DNA of 63,449 bases, filler included, from Globobulimina sp. (taxonomy: Eukaryota), in the NCBI GenBank assembly GCA_003354225.1. It is 31 parts of 31 records of this genome, joined end to end, with 100 filler letters (N's around TTAATTAATTAA, not from the genome) between each part and the next. Parts side by side here need not be neighbours in the genome. Positions count along the whole stretch, not along the records: positions 26,664 to 28,613 come from PIVH01010277.1; positions 28,714 to 30,663 come from PIVH01010278.1; positions 30,764 to 32,713 come from PIVH01010279.1; positions 32,814 to 34,763 come from PIVH01010280.1; positions 34,864 to 36,812 come from PIVH01010281.1; positions 36,913 to 38,861 come from PIVH01010282.1; positions 38,962 to 40,910 come from PIVH01010283.1; positions 41,011 to 42,959 come from PIVH01010284.1; 23 more parts are not named here. One strand, given 5' to 3'. Positions 27,266 to 41,282 of the stretch are shown piece by piece. A program made the position numbers and the translations under genes. Under the pieces are notes generated by a model. That model ran no database searches. It saw nothing but the letters and a program-made list of their open reading frames with translations, and was not told the origin of the DNA. Position 1 is the first letter of the stretch. Each line of letters opens with the position of its first letter.

Positions 27266-28613
27266 ATGTTTCATCATGTCGTCTTGTGGTTTCTTCTTAT
27301 GCTCATTAAAGACACAATACCTATGTCCCAAATACTAACTACATCAAATGAAAACGAGTGGATAAATGGTGTTTGCATTCGCAATCTTTCACCATCAACA
27401 ATCACCACTACTTTATCATCTTGGGATATAATTGTGAATCAAGATACTGATCAGTGGGGATTATGGATCAAAACAAATTCAACCTGGGGCTTCGATTCAA
27501 CATTACCATCATCATTCAGCATGGAATTGCATGGTAATACTATCAGTTCCTCGCCTGATATCTTAATCTCATTTAGTGATGGGATGGATACAAATTATGC
27601 CACTATTCTTATTCGATTAAATGCTCAAAATATAAACCAAATTGCACCTGGCTGTGATACTATATTCAATCCATCACAACCATTAATGTCTGGTGATGTA
27701 TACTATACAATGGCCGACATGCCACCACCTGGTAACAGACAATGTAGGCCTGCATACATTGATGCATCCAATACATGCTCATATACAACATTTGGTGCTG
27801 CTGCTACGATAGTATGGCCATTAACTTTTACAATTAATAATTATCCATTGCAGGATTACAGCAGCATCATATTGCATGATTCAAATGGATATTCAACTAC
27901 AAATTGTGGTTTTGGTGAATCATTTATATCTGATATTGGTATGAATATATGGTTGACAACTCTTGTGAATGATAACTATGAAATCAGTAAAATAAATTTA
28001 AATTATTCCACATTGCTTACAGCAAATCCAACTATACATCCTTCCATATTTCCTACCACAAATCCAACAGTAAAACCTACCGCGAATCCAACAATAAAAC
28101 CTACCGCGAATCCAACAGTAAAACCTACCACGAATCCAACAATAAAACCTACCGCGAATCCAACAGTAAAACCTACCACGAATCCAACAGTAAAACCTAC
28201 CACGAATCCAACATTTATACCTTCAAAACAGCCATCTGTAACAATATCTAACCCAACATTGACACCAACAATATATCCAACCTTGAATCCCACCACAAAT
28301 GAACCATCCACATCCATGCCAACAATATTACCAACATCTAATCCATCCATAGCACCCACTAATAATTCATCTATATCACCATCGATATATCCATCATTAC
28401 CACCAACTACTCCATCAACAACAGATCTGCCCTCTATATCCGCAGTAATAATCCCGACCATATCACCATTGATATATACAACCATAAATCCAACAATGCC
28501 GACAGATAACGTTAACCCATCATTATCACCGATATCTCCGACCACAGATCCAACAATAATCCCAACAACAACTTCATTGCCACCAACAATAACTTCATCA
28601 ATAATATCTACCA
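27266..28613 (+). CDS. Secreted/surface protein with PT (PTxxPT) repeat stalk
   Basis: Hydrophobic N-terminus; 24-nt NPT(V/I)KPT(A/T) tandem repeats at about 28061-28212. Confidence 0.8.
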
Positions 28614-28713
28614 NNNNNNNNNNNNNNNNNNNNNNNNNNNNNNNNNNNNNNNNNNNNTTAATTAATTAANNNNNNNNNNNNNNNNNNNNNNNNNNNNNNN
28701 NNNNNNNNNNNNN

Positions 28714-30663
28714 TTACAACAAAATAATGGGGCATGGCAAGGATGGTCGACCATCGGTGTCGATTATAATAAAATAAAGGAATGCTGCATACCAACAGTC
28801 AATGTCAATGCCATCATATCGGGAAATGGCGATGGCGACGGCGATGAATATGAACAGAAAGACAGCAATTTGGAGATAAAAATATCGGGACAAACCCAAA
28901 GAACGATCCGTGGCTCTGGTCGTGATGAACATGGCAATTTTACGCTTTCCGGTTCATTCAAAGGGGCAAATTCATCGAGTATAAATGGATCGGAGTTTAC
29001 ATTCGATAAAACATATCCGGGTAAACACACTGTAAAATATACTGGATATTTACACGACAACTTATCATTACAGGGCTATTGGTCCATTCCCACGCTCAAA
29101 TTGGGCGGATTCTTTTATTTCGAGCCCTTAGCAATATTACAAGCGCCACTATCTGAATTAGAAGGACATGGCCCATTATTATTATCACATCGCGCCGATA
29201 CCCATCCGTATATTATTGAATTGAGTGACAATATGTTCACGCAATTATACATTCAAATGGATTGTATGTTAAATAAATTGAAAAAAAATAAACAAATTAA
29301 AAATGCGCATACGATTCAATATCATTTAAATACATATTTGAAAATGTTTAAAATACATTTAGAACAATTGAATTATTTATTTTCTCCCTATAATCATGAT
29401 GGAAAAAAAGAAATGTTAAAAAAGGAAAACAAAGAGTTAGATATGAAAATGTGGGAAAAACTATTAAAACATGAAAAAAATAAATCATTGCAAGCCATAA
29501 AAGACCCAATCAAAACAAAAACAAAAAGTAAAAAAGAAAGCAAAACAAATAAATCAAAGAAACAGCCCCCTCATGAACCAAAACAGATATTTCCAAAATG
29601 GTCGGCCACCCAAAATATGAGGAAATTATTATTAGAATTGGTGTTTTTTGATGATTCAAATTTGCCGTATCGACATACCATACAACAATTGCAAGCAAAG
29701 GAGATATTGTCGAAAGCCGTTGATACCAAAATTATATCTTCAAATGACGATAATAATGACAATAAGGATGGTGATGGTGATGGTGATGTTGATGTTGATG
29801 GTGATAAAAAAGAAGAAAAAGAAGAAAAATTGGACGTTTATATTGCAAAAAAATTAGATTACTACACCGAAATAGATGATGATGAAGATATAATTGAAAA
29901 TATCCGAAATGAATCAATTGAGACATTGACGGGTGCATTCGAGATGATGTACCCCTACGCCGAGGATAAATTGGCATTTTTAAGTGAAACCATTGCAAAT
30001 ATTCGTGTTCATGACATGAATGATATGATTGATGAACGACAAAAACAGATCCATGAAAATGTATTATTTGCGTTATTTGAATGGTTTTCGCATCAATCGC
30101 ATTTATCCGATTATTTATTACCATCTGCGAAAAATTTGAAAAAAGTTAATCTGAACATGAACATGAACATGAATATAAATACAATAACACCACCATCAAA
30201 AGCATTAAATAATGAACAAAAACAGATTGAATCAGATATGAATAAGCCACAATCTTTAGTCCGAACCCTAAGCGAGGAACATTCTGTAAATGTGTTGCAA
30301 GAATTGGTTGAATTTTGTGTAGAAGCCCATGAACGGGGATTAATGCATGATTTAGAACATCATAGATCTGCGCAATCGGCAATTCATTTACTGAGCAGTT
30401 TACAAAAAGATTTAATATTAAAATCACAATTATTTACAAATAACGAACAAAAGGAACCACCACCACTCAATAATAAGGATAGTAATAATAATAACGAGAA
30501 AGATAAAACAGACGGACACTTTGTGAGATTATTACAGTATTCGAGTATTATGTTATTGTCTGCAACACGCATTGTACAGAGACAACTGCAACATATGAAA
30601 AAACACGAGCACGAAGAAAAAGACAATGACAAAGAGGCAGACGCAGAGAATGAGAATGACAAT
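28714..30663 (+). CDS. Internal fragment of a large uncharacterised protein (beta-rich GSGRDEHGNFTLSG domain plus helical region)
   Basis: ORF of more than 600 codons with low-complexity D/N/K inserts. Confidence 0.6.
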
Positions 30664-30763
30664 NNNNNNNNNNNNNNNNNNNNNNNNNNNNNNNNNNNNN
30701 NNNNNNNTTAATTAATTAANNNNNNNNNNNNNNNNNNNNNNNNNNNNNNNNNNNNNNNNNNNN

Positions 30764-31264
30764 TATCAGTTGAGGAGTAAAATATCACTTCATCGGTTGG
30801 CATCGACAAACCATCCTCGATTGCGGACAATACCCAGAGTTTTTATGTGGGATTGCTGTGACGGTATATTATTTACGTTTATTTTAATTATATATAATTG
30901 TTTTAGTTTAGTTTGTATAAATTCAGGTGATCAAGAAAAAAGTGGGGATGTCGCTCATTTGTGTGAGCATGCCGAAGCAGGTAAAAATTTCGGTGTTTCT
31001 GATATTAAAATTGAACAAAAAGATGATGAAATTTGGAAAAGAAACCAAGTAAACCCGGATTATAAACTGACTACAATACATGGAGCAAATGAAGGATTCC
31101 AAGCAAAGATGAATTCGATTGATGGATCGTATTTAATTTATGAATTTGTCAAAGCAACGATTGTGAATATTGAAACAAAAACGAATTTATTTTTTGGTGA
31201 AATTGTGGATAAAGTCCAGGAGGATTTGCATGATGCCGGAAAACAACAAATTAAAACAACGTAA
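30764..31264 (+). CDS. Hypothetical protein exons (fragment)
   Basis: Probable intron about 30864-30927 (GTATAT..TTCAG) and GTAAGT donor at 31261. Confidence 0.4.
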   Translation, partial: YQLRSKISLHRLASTNHPRLRTIPRVFMWDCCDGILFTFILIIYNCFSLVCINSGDQEKSGDVAHLCEHAEAGKNFGVSDIKIEQKDDEIWKRNQVNPDYKLTTIHGANEGFQAKMNSIDGSYLIYEFVKATIVNIETKTNLFFGEIVDKVQEDLHDAGKQQIKTT

Positions 31265-31895
31265 GTTTGCACTCATTACTCGACTTTTAATAAAAGAATA
31301 ACAGTTAAACGATACATAGATATAACAATCATACGAGATATTTAAAATTTCAATCAAATCCGGAAATGGATAGAAATGATAGAATGCAAAGTATGTCTCA
31401 CTCTCAGACTGAGATGGAGGGCCATATAATATTTCATATCTAGAGAATTTCCTAAAAAACAAAGGGAAAAATATATTTTTGCTAATTTCCTTTGGTATAC
31501 AAATATATTTTTGCTAATTTTTTTTTAGTTTTGTATGCATGCGCTGATCATTATTATATTGTGGTGATCCTCTATATTAATACTTGTATATCTATTATTG
31601 TCCTATTTATAGTCTTTATTATTCTTTATCTTTACTTTACTCATACATATAATCTATGACATTCTACAATATTTTATTTTATTTTATTTTTCGATGTCTT
31701 TTGATAGGATCTTATGTGTGTTATTTGCGGAACAATCAAATGGCGAGGTGGGTAATGGGTTTTCCAGCCCCTTTGTTAAAGTGAGTTATAATTCCAGGAC
31801 TTTCCTGCTGTTTTCCAGCCCATTTGTCTTATAAAAGTGCGTTTGTTCACTATATACATATTAATATTATACTAAAAATTATTGTATATTACAAT

Positions 31896-32713
31896 TTATA
31901 TAACAGATTTTGTTTCGTCAATACGTTGATCATCTTTTAAGCAGCAACAACATACTTTATTTCTAAAAAAAGGAAATATATAATCAGTACACCAAGAAAA
32001 CAACATAATCATTTCAGATTTTGTTGTCTCAATATTTCCATTTGCGTTGTTTTTGAGTTTTTGCCCGATTGCCTCCAATTCCTTTTCATTGGGTACTTTT
32101 TTAATCAGTATCAATGCAAACAAAGTGGTTAAATTTGCCAAAACAATTAATAACCACAAATACTGAAAATCACAAACCACACTATTTTCATCCATTGGGT
32201 CTTCAACACATTTAATCCCCACCGCATCCACGAGAAATGAGGATAATTGCAAGTCTATATTACCCGCAGCATTCGGTACAGATGCTAAAACAGAAAAAAA
32301 TACTCCCTCTATTCCTGGTGGACATAACCGAGCTTATTAAATACATTGCAAATAAAAAGTATACGTACAGTATATCAGATATACAAATATATGTATACAG
32401 CATACCTAATAAAATGACCGCGCCCATATTTAACATTGATTTTGCAGTCTCAACAAACACAGTGTCAGAAGCCATGAATAAAAAATCTGGAATGCCTACC
32501 TTTTGATTCAATTTAAATACCAATATCAAGGCCAGGAATGGGAATAATGCAGCGATTAATGTCCATACAAGATACATTCTCCTTAAACTAAAATTTGCAT
32601 TGGATTCGCGAGTCTGAAATGCTAAAATTGCAACGGATATTAAGAAGGCAACACTCGCCAAAATGCCTAAATATCCAATTTGAACGGAAGTAAATCCTAA
32701 CTCGAACATCAAA
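31896..32713 (-). CDS. Folate-biopterin transporter (BT1/MFS) C-terminal fragment, one intron
   Basis: ELGFT, NQKVGIPDFLF, GIEGVFFSVLASVPNAAG after splicing, LWLLIVLANL. Confidence 0.8.
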
Positions 32714-33467
32714 NNNNNNNNNNNNNNNNNNNNNNNNNNNNNNNNNNNNNNNNNNNNTTAATTAATTAANNNNNNNNNNNNNNNNNNNNNNNNNNNNNNN
32801 NNNNNNNNNNNNNGTGACACATTGCCATTTCTTGCCGCATGAAGATGAGGGAATGATCGTTTATTTTCAGATCGTGGATTGTATTGACGGCGAGAACAGA
32901 CCGTATATGGATGTTGTCAATAAGACGTTGAATCCGTTTGGTTATGATCCATTGAAAAATAAACATGTTCCCGATGAATGTGATATATTTCGAAATAGAT
33001 TTGAATGATCGATATCATTTTTGTCATACTCTGTGATGTACAGCTTGTCATTTTTGTGATTTAAATAGAAAAACTTAAAAACTAAAAAACTTGAAAGAAA
33101 AGAAATAAGTTTATTTTGAGAATCAATAAAATTCAACCAATCACAAAAAACTCCTGTTCCACGTATAAAACAATGTGTTTTTGGTTCCTTAATAAATTGT
33201 ATAATATTTAGTATATTGATAATAAGATTTGAATGGAGATAAATTGAATGAGAGGAAATGATTAAATAATGATAGAATGTGAATGATACATGAAATGAAA
33301 ACTAAATGAATGATCATAATGTACGAACGGGTGGGTAAATTTTATTTAAATTTAACAAATATTGTTTCTTGATTTGTACACAAACAATCAAAAAACAAAA
33401 GACATACTAAATATAAAACATAATACTAAAATAAACTAAACGTAATAATAAACCCTCCCGCTCATAA

Positions 33468-34763
33468 TTACTTATCTAATAAACCTAAACTACTTTTCTT
33501 TTTGTATTGAGATATAAAATATTCTTCTTCTTCAGCATCAAAATCAAATTGATTGTATAAATCAAATCTTTCTGCTTGTTTGGCATTAAAATATATCTGA
33601 CTTAATTTACTCATTTCCCCTTCCGAGTAATTCACATAAATATAAAATGACTCTTTCAAAAACCAACGACCGACCCATGCGACTTAAATGTGATGCAAAT
33701 CCTTTGCGCAATGCGTGTGGTTTCCGTAATCGTTGAGATTGAAAGAAACCAACATAGTCAACCATATCGCCGTATATTTTGCGGAAATTATCAGTGGTCA
33801 TTGGCTTATCTTTGTGTTGAAATAAAAAACAGTTTTTATTCCACGAATAATGTGATGGTAATTTTCTTGCTAAAATATTTAAAGTATGATATAAATCAAA
33901 GATCATTAAAGCTGGATCAATGGAACAATTTGATCTACCAATCATAATAAATGCAGCATGACCGGTATTTCTCATTTTGCTGTTTTGAATATTAATTTTA
34001 AGACTGTGAAATGTGTTGATGTTTAAGGATTTATTGTCAATAATGATTTGATATTTGCCTGATTTATTAAGTACTTTGTGATAAATTGTTATATCACATT
34101 TGCGAATACCATATGAATGATTTTTGATATCAATCGGATGGAACACTTCACCTATTCTCATACCTGTAATCGCCATTAAATTCGAAGCAATTAAACACAT
34201 TCTGAGAGGCATACATAATTTGAAAAATACAATTTCTTCTTTCACAATTAAATAATAATATGATTTTTGTCTAAATAATAAATCATTTGAATTTGATTTA
34301 ATGTATAATAGCTTTGAAGTAATAGTTTTGTTGAAGCGAATTAAATGATTTTTAGTGAATGGTAATGCTGAATTGCATGGATCTGATTTATTTCGACGTT
34401 TGCAAAAGTCAATAATGCTCATTAAAGCAGGATTATCCGACCATGAGGTTGGAGTCATAGCCATCTTATTATAATGATCTATAGCAACTAATTTGTATCG
34501 AATTGTGCTGTAACAGTTGGGTTTGGGTTGAATTAGCGCCCAATGTATAATACAAACAACCAAATTGATGTTTGGAGTTGGAAAGGTTAATATTTCTGCC
34601 TTGGTAAATCCACATTTTGTCAATGTATTGCAATATACAAAGAAATTTGATTTATATGTACCTCCTGTCGAGTCTTTTACACCTCGATCTAACATACGTT
34701 CTAAACCCGAGGCATGTAAAGGTAGTCTGCTCCAAATATCATGATTGTAAATACTGTTTGTAA
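33468..34763 (-). mobile_element. Tyrosine recombinase of DIRS/Ngaro/Crypton type, disrupted by a short deletion and frameshift at about 33672
   Basis: STGGTY..YC, STIRYKLVAIDHY, LPFT, TGMRIGE (R), HALRKG (H-x-x-R); GRWFLKESFYIY in the shifted frame. Confidence 0.85.
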
Positions 34764-35424
34764 NNNNNNNNNNNNNNNNNNNNNNNNNNNNNNNNNNNNN
34801 NNNNNNNTTAATTAATTAANNNNNNNNNNNNNNNNNNNNNNNNNNNNNNNNNNNNNNNNNNNNGCATTATAGATTCAACAAATTGGAATTCAGCAATTAT
34901 TGAACATGGTGGAACACCCGGTGCCACAAACTCGATGACGATTGGGAAAACTTGATCGAGGAATGGAAAACATCAATACAGATGCAAATGCAGGTGCTGA
35001 TGGACGAAACGAACCAAACCTCGTTCGATCGTTTAGCGTCGACGATAAATCTAAATCAAAGCAGTGGCAATTATTCAGTTGATTGTCCAAATAAAATTTG
35101 ATTAAATTTAAAAAGGCTTCACCCAAATACAAAAACAAAGTATTACGAAAATAAATGCGCGATGGGCTAAACAAAAATAAATAAATAGGGACAACAATCA
35201 TTTTTAAGGTAAAAAGGAAACAAAAAAAAAGACACTCTTATTATTTATGAAGAAAATAGCATATAAAAATTTTAATCTACGAAAGATGATAATCTACGAA
35301 AGAAAATATCTTTTTTTATTCAAAACTATTCTAATCATACAATCAAAATAAATCACCAAACATAAAAGTGACAAAAAAAAATAAAACGATACATAAATAC
35401 TTAAACCTTTACACTATAAATCAT

Positions 35425-36812
35425 TCATTGTAATTGCAACAACGAATTGGCCACTCTCTGCACATTACCTTTCTGTTTAATTAATTCATTTTTAATGTTC
35501 GTATCATCCGCAATATTCATCGCACGCAATTGCTCCAATTCCTGTTGATATTCAAATGCATTTTGTACTGCCTCCACCGGCGGCGCCGACACCACATCAA
35601 AAACCATACCATTATCATTTACATTTGGTATAAATCCTTGCATTTGATACTCGACGCACGAACCACACAAATCATATCCTTCCGGATGGGCAACGGATTT
35701 CACATTCGGACAATGATAGATAGGCGAGGCCGACGCGCAAAACTTGCCACAAATATCACAATTTACCTGAGCTGAACTGCTGTATGCCTCAATGGGGGAG
35801 GTTTTGTGCAAAACGGTGCCGCAAACACACGATATGGCCGACAATGGGACGTCAGCCAAATTAATACGGACACTCTCGATTTCGCGCTCTAAATCCTGCA
35901 CTGCGGCATTCGCGATGTCATCCAATAGCTGCTGCTCATCGATCACATTTTCATTTTGTAATTTATCCACTTGTTTGTTGATGCGCTTTTGCTGTTTTTC
36001 CAACTTTTGCTGCTTTTGCACCAATTTCACAGAATTCGCATTCTCGCCTTGCAAATCTAACGCTTTGTTGACATTTTCCAATTTCGACGCCAATTTATGT
36101 CGTTTCGCCTGCAATTTCAGCTGCTTTGCCTCCAATTTCTGCTGTTTTTTGTGGCTTTTCCCACTCTGCGCATCCACCGCAAATATGTCGACCCAGACGC
36201 GAGGCCCAAAATATTCGCCATTGCGTTGCAGCCGGTAATACGAGCAATATCGGCCCGGTTTGCGTGGCGTTTTGATGACCGCCGACACTTCGACTTCTTG
36301 GCCCGGCTGGGCGTTAAGAACTGGATATCGCTGTTCTAAGGTTAAGGACTCATTGCCTTTGAAAAAAACCAATTCTACGCTGGCTCCCCATTCATAGTCG
36401 CCATTGTTTTTCATCCGCCACGTTTTCGTAAGCACCGTGTCGATGGGATACGAGGTGCGATCTTTCAGAGTCACATCGCGTACAAAGTCCGCCATTACTT
36501 TGACTTTCTTGTTCTTGGCCGAGACGGAGGACTGGTTCGCCGCCGCCTCGTTGGCCTCGTTTGGGCCGCGATTATCGCACCATTCCTGCCATGGATTCGT
36601 GGCGCAATCATACGGAGCTTGCCATTGATTGTTGTGCTGCGGGTATCGGCCCCATCGCTTCCACGCACCGCCACCGCCACGGCCATGGCCCGCCTGCCAA
36701 CTCTGTGCACCCTCTCCATTCCACCACGGCTGGCCATTATTATGGTGCGCCCGCTCTTTATTTTTGTATTTGGCGAAGCGCCCTTTCCAATGATGTCCGA
36801 ACCATTTATGCG
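35425..36812 (-). CDS. NBR1: NBR1-like protein: FW (NBR1 Ig-like) domain, coiled coil, ZZ-like zinc finger, C-terminal UBA (5' truncated)
   Basis: FVRDVT..LTKTWRMKNNG..W..PG.Y.SYYRL..FGPRVWVDI; CDICG..HC..GYDLC; ELEQLRAM..N..LIK.KGNVQRVAN.LL. Confidence 0.8.
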
Positions 36813-37681
36813 NNNNNNNNNNNNNNNNNNNNNNNNNNNNNNNNNNNNNNNNNNNNTTAATTAATTAANNNNNNNNNNNNNNNNNNNNNNNNNNNNNNNN
36901 NNNNNNNNNNNNATTTAGACGACTGGTGGTGCGCAAGGGCGTGCTCCGCAGCAGTATTTATATTTAGAAGACTCAAGTTCAGAGTACTTTTAAAAATCTG
37001 TAAAACTGAAACGTAATCCTTTCGAACCAATCTACAGGGAAAGTAAGTTAAAGCGTGTTGGTTTAAATAAATGTGTGGATATCTGGTAGAAAGCAAGAGA
37101 GAGCGAAGCAGCCGCCACCAAAGAGATCCTTCAGATATATGACATCAATATTTCTGTGATATTCGAAAACAACACCTAATTTAACACAATTTAACACAGA
37201 AAAAAAAATAATAAAAACAGCTAAATAATAAATAAGAAAAATGTGTGGACTGATCAGCCGGCACACTCATTACCATCGATACTGTTAGCTTTCTCTTTTT
37301 GTTTTGAAGCACGTTTATTTCTTTGTTAGTAATATTTGTGATTGCATTTTTTCTTGGGAAATTTCTTGGATATTATCGCATCAATCCTCGTAACGAGTAT
37401 ATACTTAAAAATATATTTAAATTTAAATTAGTAAGTTTTTACAAAAGTTTTGAACTTCTTTGGCAAAAACAACATAGGCAAACAATTGGATCAATTGAAC
37501 TTCTGTAGTATTTGTACGTAATTTTTACTACAGAATTTAAAATAAAACCTAAAACAGATATAAAATCCTTTTTATAACCAAATATTAGTAATCCTGTGAT
37601 TCTATTAATTATTGCAGCTGTTATTCATTTGCTACTATAAATACCAATTGTATTGGATCGCATTATCGCAAAAACCACACA

Positions 37682-38861
37682 ATGACATCATCCAATTCTA
37701 ATAATAGAGTCAATACACTCCATACACCCTCTAATTTTAATAACCACAGCCATATCAACACCAACCCCTTCATTCCATTAAATAATAACATCATGCCATC
37801 ATTTCCAACCATGCCAATCATACCATCCATACCAATACCAATCATACATAGCATGCCTGCCATCCCAATAACACCCCTTCAGCTTCTACCTCAACCTCAG
37901 ACACTCACAGCCGGTGTCCAATATTTTATCCATCCCTCCATGCCAAACACACCAATGATTCTCGTACCAAACATCTTAATGAATATCAATGCCAACAATA
38001 ACCACAATAAACCACCTCCCAATAATGCTAAAATCCGAGCTATTTTATCCAAAAAAAAGAGTGGAAGTAAGCCATTAACAAATCAAGAAACGCAAATCCT
38101 GGAAGCCGCTGTCAAATCTGCGAGACAGCAATTTATGTCTTGGTATCAACAACAAGTCATCGCGCAAAGCATACCTTTGTCATTAATTAATCCCATCCAA
38201 TTGCAGCAGTTACAATTATTGCGCCAGCCGCCGATACAGACATTGACTCCAAAACAAATGGTCGCCATTCAGCAACAACAACAATTACAATTGCAACGGC
38301 AACAAATATTACAATTACAAGCGCAGAGATTACAGCAACAGCAACAATTATTACAGCAACAAATACTCGCAAATAATATATATAATAACAATAATATCAT
38401 ATACAGCAATAACAGCACTGCTAATAATTTAGCACAGAATAATAATACGCCGGCGCCCTTGGATATGGATACATATTTTGCATTGCCCAAACCACTCGAA
38501 TTTGATGATATATTTTATAATGATGATGATATAAAGGAGGACAATGATGACGCACAAGATAATGGTTTGCTGCCTCTGTTTTTTAACGATACCAATGTAG
38601 CTGTACACAATTTATGTTTTAACATTGGATTATGTGGCATTGGAGTGCTGTCGTATGGCGGTAATCATTATAATAAGTCATTAAAAACGGAAACGTATAA
38701 CAAATGTAAACGCGATAACATGTACAAATTGCTTGGCGTTACAGGTATCTTTTTGTATTTGTATTTGTCTCCGATTGTTGTTTGTTATTTGGTTGCTAAG
38801 ATAATACGAATGAATGTTGTGAGTGGTTAATACGAGATTTAATGCGAAGTCAAAGTGAGTT
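37682..38861 (+). CDS. Q/N/P-rich low-complexity hypothetical protein
   Basis: 382-codon ORF; probable intron from about 38745. Confidence 0.5.
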
Positions 38862-38961
38862 NNNNNNNNNNNNNNNNNNNNNNNNNNNNNNNNNNNNNNN
38901 NNNNNTTAATTAATTAANNNNNNNNNNNNNNNNNNNNNNNNNNNNNNNNNNNNNNNNNNNN

Positions 38962-40910
38962 TAGCCACTGAGACTGCTGCGATTGCTGCGTTGTTTATTT
39001 TTGCTGTCTTGCTCAGCTTTGGCAAACTGCGCAGAACGGGACAATACACGCAGTTTATTCATCAATTTATGATATTTATCGATACAATTTCGGCCGTAAT
39101 CCTTGCCATCGCCATATAAGCGAACTGCATCAGACGCAAAATCGGCGAAATTAATGCGAAAATCAATGGCAATGTTGCCTCGTTTCTGCAGCAAATTGAC
39201 AGCGATCCCGGGGATATCCACCATAATCACCATCCATTTGAGCAATAATTTGTCCTCAATGGCGAGCGCGTGAATTAATTTATTAATATTCTTCCTGCGA
39301 TGCATATATTTGTCATCAATTTCGTCGAAAAAAGACAAAGTTTGCTCGATTTCTTGCAGTAAAATATGGAAACACCAACAAAAACACTCATTTTGCCAAC
39401 ACCGATTCACATATTCAAGCTCGGCTTTTTTGCCCATCACAAACGAACACTTTTCCGTCTCCGCATTGTGTCCGCTCGAGGCACCACAGAGCTCATTGCC
39501 CATTGGCACAGTTTGCAAGTTTGAGGATAAAATATCAGCAATGGGTTTCCATAAATTGTCCCTGTCATTTGCAGGCACAATAAATTGTTGTACGCTGCCA
39601 TCCAAATCGGAGTGGAGCAACCAAAATATCTCCAAACATTTGGCTGTGACATGTGCGTATTTACCAAATGCATCCTCGTGTTTAATGATTTTGAATAATA
39701 ACTTTAATAATGTGTTTGGTTGTTGCTTTAACAAAATATGCCGTAATCTATTTTGGTTCGACATAAAAATACATAACAAATCCACCAAATTGCAAGCTTT
39801 GCGGACATCGCTGGGTTTCCTCCATTTGCGAATATGCAAATATTTGCTCATCCAGCCATTTAAGCGTTGAATCTCAGTCATGTTTGTAAATAAATTCTGA
39901 TAAGGAAAGCTGGAGTTTGCTGGGAAAATATGACACAAAAATTTGAGGAATTTAATGCATTCATTCACAATCAGGCTGTTGTTGTATTTTTGCGATTGCT
40001 GCATAAATTGACATAACTTATCCGCCACCGATATCTGTTCAAATGCATCCCGTGGATCATTCAATTTGTGTGAGATTTTGAGAATTATTTCCTGTCTACG
40101 CTTCACATCCAAACTGACCAAAATGTTTTGCAATATCTTCATCGAATTGGTGATGATTTTACACACAAACACCTCGTCACTGCAACGTATCTGCGAGCGG
40201 ACAAAAGTTAATATCTCCTGGCAATAAATAATTGGATCGATAATGAAATCGCGAAAGCCGTCATCCTGATCAGCACAAAATTTATTCACCACAAAGCTTG
40301 AAAATGCTTTCGATTTTACAATGTTATAAATTAACTCACTCGCTTTGCAATGCAGCTCAATGCAATAGGAATGCAGCGTAGTTTTGTCATTTTCATTCAC
40401 ATTGAAACTGGTCATGGGATAAAACATGGGGTAGATACCAAGCAACGTCTGTACATAGCTGAAAATATGCAAATCCCAGCTCTGAAAAGAAAAAATGTCG
40501 CGGTTAATAAATATCTTATTTACGATGTCAATCATATATCCAATAATATTCCAGACGCATTTTAATTGATACTGCGACTTTTCAAATGCTAACTCGTCAC
40601 ATTGCTGGTTATGCGTATTACGAATACATTGCGCCAACACTTGGATGGCGGTCATAATTAACTTACTAAAAAAGCCATGATCATTACTGTCAAAATCATG
40701 CAATATCTTAATAATAATATCACTGTTTTGCTGCGTCACAAACTTAAAGAATTGCGTCGAATCTTTAAATAAATCCAAATTCCAATCATAATTATCTTTG
40801 GTAGACTGCAATGCGTTGGTTATAGAATGTGAATTATAGTCATATTCTTTCAGCCGCTCCATGCAATGCGTAAAGAGCTGGAAGCTCAGCAAAGGAATGC
40901 CGCCATTCTT
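38962..40910 (-). CDS. Alpha-helical (ARM/HEAT-like) hypothetical protein fragment
   Basis: About 650 open codons with amphipathic helical pattern. Confidence 0.55.
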
Positions 40911-41282
40911 NNNNNNNNNNNNNNNNNNNNNNNNNNNNNNNNNNNNNNNNNNNNTTAATTAATTAANNNNNNNNNNNNNNNNNNNNNNNNNNNNNNNNNN
41001 NNNNNNNNNNTATAAATTATATAATTGTTTCATTGCATGCATGTATTTATTGGCAATGGAATTTATTGTTCTTTTTTTCTTCCTTTTCTCAAGACGTCCC
41101 ACAATTTTCTGTTTCGTTAATGTTTCAAGTGTTCTTCTTCAAAAACGTCGAATGTTAAAAACAGAATATTAGCAGAAAAAAAAAGGAAACACAACACAAA
41201 ACAAAACGGGGTACGTACAATAACAGATTAATAGTGTTTGCATGCAAATAACTATTATAATTATAATATCACAAACATTATT

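Noticed and set aside
24614-28212. 36-nt and 24-nt repeats as CRISPR arrays
   Set aside because: Abutting in-frame coding repeats with no spacers and no cas genes
33323-33465. Imperfect inverted repeat downstream of the YR as a DIRS ITR/ICR
   Set aside because: Only about 11 of 14 positions match; too weak without the other end of the element
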